Shown here in pieces: positions 32,930-41,861 of a DNA stretch of 47,248 nt. The position numbers and the translations under genes were made by a program. Source of the stretch: a virus (taxonomy: Duplodnaviria > Heunggongvirae > Uroviricota > Caudoviricetes); the IMG/VR virus record IMGVR_UViG_2721755657_000003. The stretch is one strand, 5' to 3'. Below the pieces are notes generated by a model, which ran no database searches, had not been told where the DNA came from, and saw only the letters and a list, made by a program, of their open reading frames with translations. Numbering within the stretch: the first letter of the stretch is position 1; each line of letters opens with the position of its first letter.

Positions 32930-33574
32930 TTCTCAATCTCTCGATGGCGCAGTGCAGCAGATGCCAGTTGTTCAGGCTGACGTATAAAGTATAAATAAAC
33001 TGGTTCCAGTGTAAAGCCCCCACCTTAATGGAATAAAGACCAAACAACAGATTGCTGGGATACAAACAACGCTTATTATTAAAAGCGGTTAAACAAATTA
33101 AATTTTAATGTTATGCAAATTTGTCAGATCACCATAATATCTCATTTGAAAACCGCTGAAATAACAGCCCTATCAGGGTTAATCATATTAAGGTGAGTAA
33201 ATATGGAAAACAACAAATCTGTACATTACGTTCCTTTTTTATCTGTAATACTTTTTGTTTTATGCTGTGCGTGGGCATTATTTTTATAAAAATATTTACA
33301 GATGAAGTAAACCCGCCAATCAGGTTAACTGTGGCTGCGTTGAGGATGCATAATACATCAGAGGTTGCGGGGATTTCTCCCCGCTGGTCCTCTTACTCCC
33401 CAAGTTCGTAAGCTGTGAAGACAGCGACCTCCGTCTGGTCGGTTCGGATTCGTACCTCGCAGAGGTCTTTCCTTGCAACCTGCACCGTCATAATAACGGT
33501 AAATGTTGAATCGTTCGTAAATTAATCTATACAGATTATTATATAGCTCTCATTACGATTTTGATTACTCTCAC

Positions 33575-33607
33575 TTAAAAATACCGAAAGATACATGATC
33601 TTTCGGT
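33575..33607 (-). terminator. intrinsic terminator of the 689-aa ATPase gene
   Basis: Minus strand ACCGAAAGAT-CATGT-ATCTTTCGGT (perfect 10-bp stem) followed by AUUUUUAA, 11 nt after the stop codon. Confidence 0.6.
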
Positions 33608-33617
33608 AAAGATTGAA

Positions 33618-35687
33618 TTACTTACATTTATTATTTAAATAGACCCTTATGTACTGATCGAGCAGTTTACCTAATTGTTTATTAACTTCGTCATGTTTTT
33701 GCGGGCTTCTCATTTTTGACAGATGCCTTTCAAGGAACTTAGAGGGTAACTTCACAACTAATTTATTATGATTATCATAAATTTCTTTTACCCACGTAAG
33801 CTCTTTATGTTTTTCTAAATTCTCTGTGTGATCTCTATTTATGATAAAAGCTATCCGCCCATAGTCTTTAAACAAATAGGAATTTACCTGTCTATATTCT
33901 GCAGCACCTAATGTTTTATAGTTTTTCACTTCAAAAACAACTTGCCGTGTCTGATAATCTGTCAGAATTCTCTTCCAAACTGGAGTGTCAGCTATATTTG
34001 TCGCTATAATATCTCTTTGCTGCAACCCATTTTTATTGGGATGCAACTCAATGTTCGTTAAATTCGTAGCAAATAGTAACTTTATAGTTTTGAGCGCCCA
34101 TGCTTCAAAATCGACAGCACCTTCAGGTCCTTCAGGTATATTATGTAGTTCTTGGAGCAACGAACCGATTCGTTGTTTCCTCTGCTCTTCGGAAACAGAG
34201 CTGACCTCAATATCATATTCATCATGAATATCATCAGCAGCATCGGGAGTCATCTCTGATTCATGAACACTTAATGCTAGCCAGTAGCATGGATGCAATA
34301 GCAATTTTGAATCTGGTGTAAATTCTTTTTCAGGTTCCTTACCGTCATGGCAAAATACATATGAAGATGACTGCTGGTTATACAACCCAATAAATCCAAC
34401 ACTGTAAAGTCGTTGAATCACCTGGATTGGCCCTTCAAAAAGAAGTAAATCCTGCATTTTCATCTTGTCAATAACGCCATTGAGATCAAGGGCATATTGT
34501 ATCTTAGATGACGCTTCAGAAACACTGTAGTAAGGTTTGCTATTAGCAAATTGCGATGTAAATATATCTAATGCAGGAAATACATTCTCATATTCTTTTA
34601 ACAAATCATTGAGTCTATTTTGTGAAATAGTATTCGCTGTTGCTTGAATGTCATCAATGACAATACGATTACGATCATGTGTGTTTGCTCGCAAGAATGC
34701 ATTATTTAACAAAACCAAAATATCTCTTGGCCTATATAGAGTCAGTTTCAATGTTTCTTTAAAACCGGTATTAGACTGTAATTCATTTGCGGTGTAAGCA
34801 TTCCACACCCTCGTGTTGTTCTCAATGGTTGAGTTAAAAGCGACCCTCATTCTATTGCATACAAGATTAAACAAGTTATATTCATCCCAATGTAATCTCA
34901 GTACTTGCCCTTCAATATTTCGAGTAAAATCAGGGTCCATTTTTGATATGGCTCGATGAATATTATCTCTAACAAATGCAAAGGCAATAACCTTTTCATT
35001 CATATTTTGTTTTATATCAATCACAGCCTGAATGAAACCATCAACTATTGCAACACCAAGATTATCCGGTGTATAGCCTTCATCAAGCCTATCAGCAAAA
35101 ATAACAAATTGATTATTTGACTTCGAAATTGCTTCTTCTATCACCTCTTCCAATAAGTCAAGTTCAAATTTATCGGATAATTCGGCTATTCTTGTAGCTG
35201 GTTTTATATTTTTGTTATCATCGAGAATAGCGTTCAATTTTTTTCTTATTTTGCTACTTATATTTTGTCTCTTCGGTCCCCAAGATAATAAATGCGACTC
35301 TACACTTTTGTAGTCAAGATCGTTTTTCATCTTGTAATGACTTGCGATCTCAGAAAGCAGCTCCATATAAATAGCATATCGCCATGCTAACTTGCTACCG
35401 GCTTTTATATGTAAGTAATTTTCACCAAATAAAGAAATAACATCCCTTAATCCAATAATTTGTTCTTCAACCGGACTAATAGTCATCACATAGGTTTTTG
35501 GCTTAGCATGCCAATGTTTGGAAAGCATATGCACCAGAGCACTTTTTCCTGTTCCTCTGCGGCCAACAATGATGCATCGATCGTAGGATTCGAGAAGAGC
35601 TTTATAATCAGTTGTTTGCCAAAATGAAGCTTCCAACATCTTTTCGTCATGTTCAGCTCGGATATCCCCAAGAATATTACCTTTCAT
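33618..35687 (-). CDS. P-loop NTPase with C-terminal PD-(D/E)xK-like nuclease motif (candidate anti-phage defence / abortive-infection protein)
   Basis: 689-aa ORF, strongly AT-rich versus flanks; Walker A GRRGTGKS (aa 42-49); Walker B-like VIFADRLDE (~aa 193-201); C-terminal QQRDIIATN...VVFEVKNYK fits D...(D/E)xK; AAGGA RBS; own terminator. Confidence 0.7.
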   Translation of the reverse strand: MKGNILGDIRAEHDEKMLEASFWQTTDYKALLESYDRCIIVGRRGTGKSALVHMLSKHWHAKPKTYVMTISPVEEQIIGLRDVISLFGENYLHIKAGSKLAWRYAIYMELLSEIASHYKMKNDLDYKSVESHLLSWGPKRQNISSKIRKKLNAILDDNKNIKPATRIAELSDKFELDLLEEVIEEAISKSNNQFVIFADRLDEGYTPDNLGVAIVDGFIQAVIDIKQNMNEKVIAFAFVRDNIHRAISKMDPDFTRNIEGQVLRLHWDEYNLFNLVCNRMRVAFNSTIENNTRVWNAYTANELQSNTGFKETLKLTLYRPRDILVLLNNAFLRANTHDRNRIVIDDIQATANTISQNRLNDLLKEYENVFPALDIFTSQFANSKPYYSVSEASSKIQYALDLNGVIDKMKMQDLLLFEGPIQVIQRLYSVGFIGLYNQQSSSYVFCHDGKEPEKEFTPDSKLLLHPCYWLALSVHESEMTPDAADDIHDEYDIEVSSVSEEQRKQRIGSLLQELHNIPEGPEGAVDFEAWALKTIKLLFATNLTNIELHPNKNGLQQRDIIATNIADTPVWKRILTDYQTRQVVFEVKNYKTLGAAEYRQVNSYLFKDYGRIAFIINRDHTENLEKHKELTWVKEIYDNHNKLVVKLPSKFLERHLSKMRSPQKHDEVNKQLGKLLDQYIRVYLNNKCK

Positions 35688-35940
35688 CCAGATTCCTTTT
35701 TAACCCATTGAGGTGACAGCACAAATAGTATCTTAACACCTGATGATTTCATCAGAACCTGATAAATAGACGTGATATAAATATGACTAAGATCACATTT
35801 CATGAAAAAATTCGACGAGTTTATATTAACTGCAGCGAATACAAATCACCGCAGTTTTCATTACCCCTATCTGAAGAACTCTGCACAACCGATCATATTG
35901 GTCACAACTGCAGCAGGATGACTCATATAATCAGGAGTAT

Positions 35941-36690
35941 TTATTTCTCCATACCTGCTGCAATAACTTTATGGACAATATCCCAGTGCTTGTTCAGCTC
36001 CCGCAGCGCGGCGCAGACTCGCTCCCACTTCTGGACATGATTCTTCGCCCTACGCAGTTCGCGGTTTGCCATATGCAGCGATGGCAAAATCAAATCATCT
36101 TCTCGCGTTGCAGTAAACGATGGCAGCGACTGCACAATGTCCGCTACAGTTTCTGTTTTAATATCTTCCTGTGTTGCATCTTTCTGTACCGGTAACGCAA
36201 CACCTGCTGGCTGAGGAAAGGCTTTAAAATCAGTTTCCGTTACCGATGCAGCTTTCGGCTCTGCTGGTAAATTATCGCCCGGTATGCAGTAACGAAATTT
36301 ACCGTTCTGGTTTACGCGAATCAGGCGTCCTTTGCTGATTGCCATTGCCAGCGTTGAAGCAACTTTGCGGGATGTTGTACCGAACAGCGTAGCCAGTTCA
36401 TCCGCCGTTTGTGGTCCGCGTTGTTCAATCGTCGCGGTTAAATCGCACTCTGAGATTTTCACTACAGTTGCCGTGGTGGTTTCTTCCGGCAGTTCTGCCT
36501 GCATTGGCTGTTCCTGCTGAACGTTGTTATCAGCCACACGCCAGGTGTACGCGCTTTTATCAACGAAACCAGCTTTTTTCAGTTCCCATAGTTCGTTCAG
36601 CACTGCTTCACGACTGATATCAAGTCGCGCAGCAAGTTCTATGGATGTGGCTTTTCCCATTGCTTTCAGTGCGTCAAAAACAGTCTCCAT
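35941..36690 (-). CDS. DUF1627-like protein with tandem winged-helix regions (ydaW-like)
   Basis: ORF-track ORF trimmed to [23 protein letters not shown]... (GGGAGAAAA RBS 8 nt upstream, avoids overlap with ydaV); two HTH-like segments. Confidence 0.55.
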   Translation of the reverse strand: METVFDALKAMGKATSIELAARLDISREAVLNELWELKKAGFVDKSAYTWRVADNNVQQEQPMQAELPEETTTATVVKISECDLTATIEQRGPQTADELATLFGTTSRKVASTLAMAISKGRLIRVNQNGKFRYCIPGDNLPAEPKAASVTETDFKAFPQPAGVALPVQKDATQEDIKTETVADIVQSLPSFTATREDDLILPSLHMANRELRRAKNHVQKWERVCAALRELNKHWDIVHKVIAAGMEK

Positions 36691-36712
36691 TAAATTTTTC
36701 TCCCGGTAAAAA

Positions 36713-37459
36713 TTACTTCGCAATTCCTGGCTGGACGACATTCGGACGCCAGCTCTCCCAGTTGAAATTCACCCATCGCCCGCCGTTCATGGTCATGCGA
36801 TCCATAATCCGCTCGCCAAGCAATGTTTTCATGGCCTCATAGTTCAGGTTTGTCAGCATCCCCACGCTGCGCATCGACGCTGTCCGGCGATCAACAATCT
36901 GGTGCAGTACCACCTGCTCGTTTTTCGTCTCGCGCTGAATGCCAATTTCATCAAGAACCAGCAGATCCACTTCGCACAGTTCCCGCAAAAATTTTTCGCC
37001 TGACTGCCCGTCGTCATAGCTGGCGTGCAGGGCACTCATAACATCAGCCACGGTAACCACAATCACTGTCTGACCGTCTTTCAGCAGGCGATTCCCGATA
37101 GCTGCCGCTAAGTGGTTCTTCCCGGTACCAGGTTTTCCGCTGAACGCAAAATTTGTACACCCGGTCATCAGTTCATCAGCGATGGATTTCGCCTGACTCA
37201 ACGCGTATCGCTGCCCTTCGTTCTGCACCTGGTAATTCGAAAACGAGCATTTGCGGTGCAATGGCTGGATGCCAGAGCGATTCAGAATTTTTTCCACCCG
37301 CAACTGACGATTCTGACGGTTGATCTCCTCACAACGTTTCTGGCCTTCGGAAAGTTGCCACTCGCGCCACTCCGCTACCGTCTTGAATGGCGCGGTTACA
37401 TGTGACGGGGCCAGTCTGCGGATACGTTCAAGAACGTCGCCTGTCGCAATATTTTTCAT
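36713..37459 (-). CDS. ydaV: DnaC-like helicase loader (IstB-type ATPase)
   Basis: 248-aa ORF with Walker [12 protein letters not shown] and Walker B LLVLDEIG; follows the O-like gene. Confidence 0.85.
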   Translation of the reverse strand: MKNIATGDVLERIRRLAPSHVTAPFKTVAEWREWQLSEGQKRCEEINRQNRQLRVEKILNRSGIQPLHRKCSFSNYQVQNEGQRYALSQAKSIADELMTGCTNFAFSGKPGTGKNHLAAAIGNRLLKDGQTVIVVTVADVMSALHASYDDGQSGEKFLRELCEVDLLVLDEIGIQRETKNEQVVLHQIVDRRTASMRSVGMLTNLNYEAMKTLLGERIMDRMTMNGGRWVNFNWESWRPNVVQPGIAK

Positions 37460-37465
37460 GGTCAG

Positions 37466-38254
37466 TTACCCCCTGAAGCCTGGCGGGATCGCACTATCCG
37501 GTAACGAGACGGTGTTAACCTGTCGGAGTAACGTCTCAGGTCGAACACCTTTCGGCGCGAACAAGCCCTGGTATTCGTTGGCGATGCTGTGTCGAATCAC
37601 CTGCTCAGGTGAAAAACCCTGCTGGCGGAATTTTTCCAGCTCCCGTATCGCCCCGTTAGCGCCCTGCTCCGTTCGAATCGGTTTTCGCAATGCCTGCCTG
37701 AACTGAACCCACTCATGCCAGAGTGTTTCCGGCAACCAGTCAGGCAGCTCGATAGCCTCCGGTTCGAATTTTTTAGACGCTCGTTTTTGGCGAGGGGGAT
37801 TTAGGGGGAGATAAGTATTTATATCTTCCTCTTTCTCTTCCTCTGGTAACGCTTTTTGATCCGTTTTTGTAACGCTGGCAGCGTTACCTTTTCGTTTCAG
37901 TTCTCGTATTTTTGTTACTCTCTCGTTTGTAACCGCCCGTTTTTTAGAGCTTTTCCCGTTATGGCGCTCAAAGTTAGGAAGCGACAACACACCATTAGTT
38001 TCGACCAGCCATCCAACCTGAATTAACGCATCAGCAAAACCAGCCATAAAAGTGATGCGATCTATTGCACTTTTTGTAACGCCGCGAGCGTTACACTCTG
38101 CGTTACCGTCTATCATTTGTTGATCCGCCCATGCCCAGAAGCGAATGACTTTCCCTAATGCGGCATCTGGATCAATATTCAGAATCTCAGCAAGCCTGAA
38201 TATTTCCGGCTTATCCGGCGTAATAACTTCGAGCTTTATCCAGTTTGAAGCCAT
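37466..38254 (-). CDS. ydaU: replication initiation protein (O-like)
   Basis: 262-aa ORF between ydaT and the DnaC-like gene; basic central linker; Rac synteny. Confidence 0.75.
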   Translation of the reverse strand: MASNWIKLEVITPDKPEIFRLAEILNIDPDAALGKVIRFWAWADQQMIDGNAECNARGVTKSAIDRITFMAGFADALIQVGWLVETNGVLSLPNFERHNGKSSKKRAVTNERVTKIRELKRKGNAASVTKTDQKALPEEEKEEDINTYLPLNPPRQKRASKKFEPEAIELPDWLPETLWHEWVQFRQALRKPIRTEQGANGAIRELEKFRQQGFSPEQVIRHSIANEYQGLFAPKGVRPETLLRQVNTVSLPDSAIPPGFRG

Positions 38255-38331
38255 TTGTTTTCACCTTGTAACGCTCGCAGCGTTACATTTAACTGATACC
38301 GAACAAAACAGTTCGGTACGATTAATTTCAA

Positions 38332-38754
38332 TCAATGCACTACGACAGAATCGCTAGGAGAACCGCCGCCGCTGAAATGTGCTTTACGGTAAACGGCCTG
38401 GACTGCATCATCATGCGCATCAATTGCCGTACTCAGTGCATCCTGTGCCGCCAGTAATGCACGGCGTTCCAGGGTATCGAAGATGCAGAGTCGGTGACGC
38501 AGCTCGCGAGGAAGAATTGCCAGAACCGCAGGGATCAGTTTCTGAATTTTTTCCCTTTGCGCATTCGTTTCACCTTTCAACCAACGATGATAGATATTCT
38601 GCTGATTGTTCCAGTCCTTGCCTGGTACCAGGGGCAATTCGCCGCCCCCCTGGCGCAGATATTCTTCAGTAATTGCGTTAGCGACCCACGCCTGCCCTTT
38701 TTCGGCTGCCAGGGCTAACAACACTGATTCGATGTGCTCATGCTTGATTTTCAT
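38332..38754 (-). CDS. ydaT: YdaT (RacR-repressed toxic protein, CII-position gene)
   Basis: 140-aa ORF (MKIKHEHIESVLLALAAEKGQAWV...) immediately downstream of the cro-like ydaS. Confidence 0.75.
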   Translation of the reverse strand: MKIKHEHIESVLLALAAEKGQAWVANAITEEYLRQGGGELPLVPGKDWNNQQNIYHRWLKGETNAQREKIQKLIPAVLAILPRELRHRLCIFDTLERRALLAAQDALSTAIDAHDDAVQAVYRKAHFSGGGSPSDSVVVH

Positions 38755-39005
38755 GAATCAACTCCCATCAGCTTTTTCGTAGTAGTTTTATTTCTGCCAA
38801 TAGTTAAAATTGCATCGGCAGAAAATAATCCGTTTGATGCATGAGCGATTTTTTCAGCGTAATTTGTTTCGCCGGTATATTCTGTGCGAGGCAATTTTCC
38901 GTTATCCATCCATTTGTAGATTGCTCTTTGGCTGACACCACAAACGTCGGCCACAACAGAAACGCGAACAGTTTTGATTACATCTTCAAGTGTTTTCTGG
39001 TTCAT
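38751..39005 (-). CDS. ydaS: Cro-like HTH protein YdaS
   Basis: ORF-track ORF trimmed to MNQKTLEDVIKTVRVSVVADVCGVSQRAIYKWMDNGKLP... with a GAGGGTG RBS; HTH motif; divergent from racR. Confidence 0.75.
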   Translation of the reverse strand: MNQKTLEDVIKTVRVSVVADVCGVSQRAIYKWMDNGKLPRTEYTGETNYAEKIAHASNGLFSADAILTIGRNKTTTKKLMGVDS

Positions 39006-39084
39006 ATCACCCTCACAATGTGAACTTTGAGTACATGCTATAACAGAACTGACAGTACATTCAAGAGCGAATATCATTGAACTT

Positions 39085-39504
39085 ATGGTTCATGAAGATA
39101 AAGCGCGTAAAGAGTTCGCCAGTAGGCTTGCGCTAGCCTGTGAAAACGCTGGTTATGAACAACATGGAAGGCAGGCAGAAATTGCCCGTCGAATGAAATT
39201 AACACCAAAAGCGGTTAGCAAATGGTTTAATGGTGAAACAATTCCTCGCCGAGAGAAATTAAGGGAATTAGCAACACTCATTGGAACAACACCAACCTAT
39301 CTTTTGGGAGAGGATACAGAAGAAAGTGGACAGATACGTTTCTATCAGGAGTTAAATCCAAGACAAAAAATCATCATTGACCTTCTGGACGAGCTCCCTG
39401 ACAGTGAGACAGATGAACTTTTAAAAACTCTTGAGGAGAAAAAACAGAAGTACAATGCAATTTACGAAGAGTTAGCACGAAAGAAAAAACAAAAAGCCTC
39501 TTAA
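39085..39504 (+). CDS. racR: prophage repressor RacR (XRE-family HTH)
   Basis: 139-aa ORF with HTH (ARRMKLTPKAVSKWFNGETIPRREKLRELATLIG), divergent from ydaS/ydaT across an ~80-bp operator region. Confidence 0.7.
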   Translation: MVHEDKARKEFASRLALACENAGYEQHGRQAEIARRMKLTPKAVSKWFNGETIPRREKLRELATLIGTTPTYLLGEDTEESGQIRFYQELNPRQKIIIDLLDELPDSETDELLKTLEEKKQKYNAIYEELARKKKQKAS

Positions 39505-39791
39505 ACCAGCATAAATCCGGTAGCGTCCCCCTCCGGGTTTGTGCTTCACTTTATCCCGTCTCATTTTTTTATACATAAAATGTACTTAAAGTACTTTACA
39601 ATGATGAACACAAAGTACATTATATACCTACCAACCCACCCCGCCCCACAGAACGCCGGGCAATACTTCGAGTTACCAGGCAGTGGTCAGGGGTTAAGTA
39701 GCCAGCCCGAGGCGTATGAACATGACGGCGGGATTCAAATTTTGCAGTGCAGCAGTTAGTTCCGCCACCCGGCGTTAAGGGGATAGATAAG

Positions 39792-39926
39792 ATGGTGCAT
39801 TACGAAGTAGTTCAGTATTTGATGGATTGTTGCGGTATCACTTACAACCAGGCTGTGCAGGCTTTACGCAGCAACGACTGGGATCTCTGGCAGGCAGAAG
39901 TCGCTATACGTAGCAACAAGATGTGA
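39792..39926 (+). CDS. small early protein (44 aa; Rac ydaG/ydaF-like)
   Basis: Hand-translated MVHYEVVQYLMDCCGITYNQAVQALRSNDWDLWQAEVAIRSNKM; below the ORF-track cutoff; position matches the small Rac genes between racR and sieB. Confidence 0.4.
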   Translation: MVHYEVVQYLMDCCGITYNQAVQALRSNDWDLWQAEVAIRSNKM

Positions 39927-39936
39927 GATTCGCAAA

Positions 39937-40092
39937 ATGCAAAAAATCGACCTCGGCAACAACGAATCCCTGGTGTGCGGCGTGTTCCCCAACCAGGATG
40001 GAACGTTCACTGCCATGACGTATACCAAAAGCAAAACATTTAAAACCGAAACTGGTGCGCGCCGATGGTTGGAGAAGCACACAGTAAGCTAA
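39937..40092 (+). CDS. small early protein (51 aa; Rac ydaF/ydaG-like)
   Basis: Hand-translated MQKIDLGNNESLVCGVFPNQDGTFTAMTYTKSKTFKTETGARRWLEKHTVS; below the ORF-track cutoff. Confidence 0.4.
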   Translation: MQKIDLGNNESLVCGVFPNQDGTFTAMTYTKSKTFKTETGARRWLEKHTVS

Positions 40093-40577
40093 CGATTAAA
40101 ACGTCTACTCCTGCTGTTCCAGAATAACTTCATAAAATGGGAGTATTTTTCGGTGACGAGATAATAAGAACAGTTTGCGCTATCACTCTGATGTTGAATG
40201 ATGCCCTTCCGTTCTAATTTTTTCATAACCGGGTTACGGCAAGGAGAAGTGATAATAAGATTTCCTGTTTTAAGGAAATCTTTAAATACAGCGATTTCTT
40301 TCTCAGATAAACGAAGCAATACTCGTTGCTCTGGTAGTAATGAATAATGCTTTTGAATATGCGCTCGCAATCTTGAGAAGGAAATGGCGACCACGAAAGA
40401 AAAGGCAAAAACGATAATCTGAAAGAGCCAAGGTATTTCAGTATAAGCATTGAATGCGACAGTAAACTCTTTCGGTATCAGCCAGAGAGTGAGACCAAAA
40501 ATGATAATCGTATACATAAGTCTTTCGAGTGGCTCGTTAGCAAAAAATTTCAACAATGGAGTAAATACATCCAACAT
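40089..40577 (-). CDS. sieB: superinfection exclusion protein B
   Basis: ORF-track ORF trimmed to MLDVFTPLLKFFANEPLERLMYTIIIFGLTLWLIPKEF... (162 aa, membrane protein), as recalled for Rac SieB. Confidence 0.8.
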   Translation of the reverse strand: MLDVFTPLLKFFANEPLERLMYTIIIFGLTLWLIPKEFTVAFNAYTEIPWLFQIIVFAFSFVVAISFSRLRAHIQKHYSLLPEQRVLLRLSEKEIAVFKDFLKTGNLIITSPCRNPVMKKLERKGIIQHQSDSANCSYYLVTEKYSHFMKLFWNSRSRRFNR

Positions 40578-40795
40578 ATCAATAACTCTCAACTGTAAGG
40601 GTATTGAAATGTTAACACAAGCTCTCGCTGTAGGGGTATAGCCGAGACCACCGAAGCCCGGAGGTGGTGAAATAAAACCGGGCACAACACGAAGGCGCAT
40701 TTCCGATATCCATAAAGAGTCGGTCTTGTCTGTTAAATTTAAATGGTGGGAGTGCGCCTCCGGTTGTAAATAACGACATTGCTGTGTGTAGTCCT

Positions 40796-40843
40796 GGCGG
40801 CATCAGTTTTTTTCTTGAAGTTCGGCTGATGTCCGCCCTTTTT
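40796..40843 (+). terminator. terminator-like hairpin upstream of kilR in the leftward early operon
   Basis: GGCGGCATCAG-(19-nt loop)-CTGATG(T)CCGCC followed by CTTTTT on the plus strand. Confidence 0.4.
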
Positions 40844-41018
40844 AAAGTGAATTTTGTGATGCGGTGAATGCGGCTAAGCGCACGTGGCACAGTTAAAAGT
40901 CATGTTAGTCCTTATTGGTTTGGGTGGGAAAGCCGACTGTAATTGTTAACTGGTTGCAGTCACCTGGAGGCACCAGGCACCGCATCAACAAAGTTCATTT
41001 GTAAAAATGGAGATAATT

Positions 41019-41240
41019 ATGATTGCACATCACTTCGGAACTGATGAAATACCACGTCAGTGTGTGACTCCTGGCGATTATGTTCTTCATGAAGGCCGGA
41101 CATATATTGCCTCGGCAAACAATATTAAAAAGCGAAAACTATATATTCGTAACCTGACCACAAAAACATGCATTACTGACCGCATGATTAAAGTCTTCCT
41201 CGGTCGTGATGGTTTACCTGTAAAGGCGGAGTCATGGTGA
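41019..41240 (+). CDS. kilR: cell-division inhibitor KilR
   Basis: 73-aa protein [49 protein letters not shown]... as recalled for Rac KilR. Confidence 0.85.
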   Translation: MIAHHFGTDEIPRQCVTPGDYVLHEGRTYIASANNIKKRKLYIRNLTTKTCITDRMIKVFLGRDGLPVKAESW

Positions 41241-41410
41241 TGACTAAGAAAATAAAATGTGCTTACCACCTTTGCAAAAAAGACGTTGAAGAAAGCAAAG
41301 CTATTGAAAGAATGCTTCACTTCATGCACGGGATTTTATCAAAAGACGAACCGAGAAAATATTGCAGTGAAGCTTGTGCCGAAAAAGACCAGATGGCACA
41401 TGAACTTTAA
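41240..41410 (+). CDS. ydaE: small Cys-rich (zinc-binding type) protein YdaE
   Basis: Hand-translated 56-aa [59 protein letters not shown] overlapping the kilR stop. Confidence 0.5.
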   Translation: MTKKIKCAYHLCKKDVEESKAIERMLHFMHGILSKDEPRKYCSEACAEKDQMAHEL

Positions 41411-41484
41411 TTAATTGACTATTCGAAACTGAATTTATGCCAGAAATGGCAGGTATTCGCTCAACCTTAATTAAGGAGAAAAAC

Positions 41485-41760
41485 ATGATTACCAATTATG
41501 AAGCCACTGTTGTAACTACCGATGACATTGTTCACGAGGTGAATCTGGAAGGAAAGCGCATTGGCTACGTAATTAAAACAGAAAATAAAGAAACCCCATT
41601 CACTGTGGTTGATATCGATGGTTCATCAGGCAACGTAAAAACACTTGATGAAGGTGTCAAAAAAATGTGCCTGGTGCATATCGGAAAGAATCTGCCCACA
41701 GAAAAAAAAGCCGAATTTCTGGCAACTCTAATTGCAATGAAATTAAAAGGTGAAATCTGA
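41485..41760 (+). CDS. racC: RacC protein
   Basis: 91-aa protein MITNYEATVVTTDDIVHEVNLEGKRIGYVIKTENKETPF..., immediately upstream of recE. Confidence 0.8.
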   Translation: MITNYEATVVTTDDIVHEVNLEGKRIGYVIKTENKETPFTVVDIDGSSGNVKTLDEGVKKMCLVHIGKNLPTEKKAEFLATLIAMKLKGEI

Positions 41761-41861
41761 AAGAAATAGCCTGCGTATGACGCAGGCTATGAACAGTGTG
41801 TATCCGGCAAGATCATTCACTGAACAAAACGAATTTTAATCTGAGTTGAGGTTAAAAAACA

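Noticed and set aside
33405-33480. Possible tRNA in the GC-rich structured island
   Set aside because: No canonical cloverleaf: no T-loop (GTTCRANYC) or D-loop consensus, and the stems have the wrong spacing on either strand.
39541-39759. 72-aa plus-strand ORF downstream of racR
   Set aside because: No RBS and an odd composition in what looks like the regulatory spacer; could conceivably hide an N-like function but there is no supporting signal.
39864-40082. 72-aa minus-strand ORF antisense to the two small early genes
   Set aside because: The plus strand carries two compact ORFs with proper ATG starts in the expected Rac position; the antisense ORF has no RBS.
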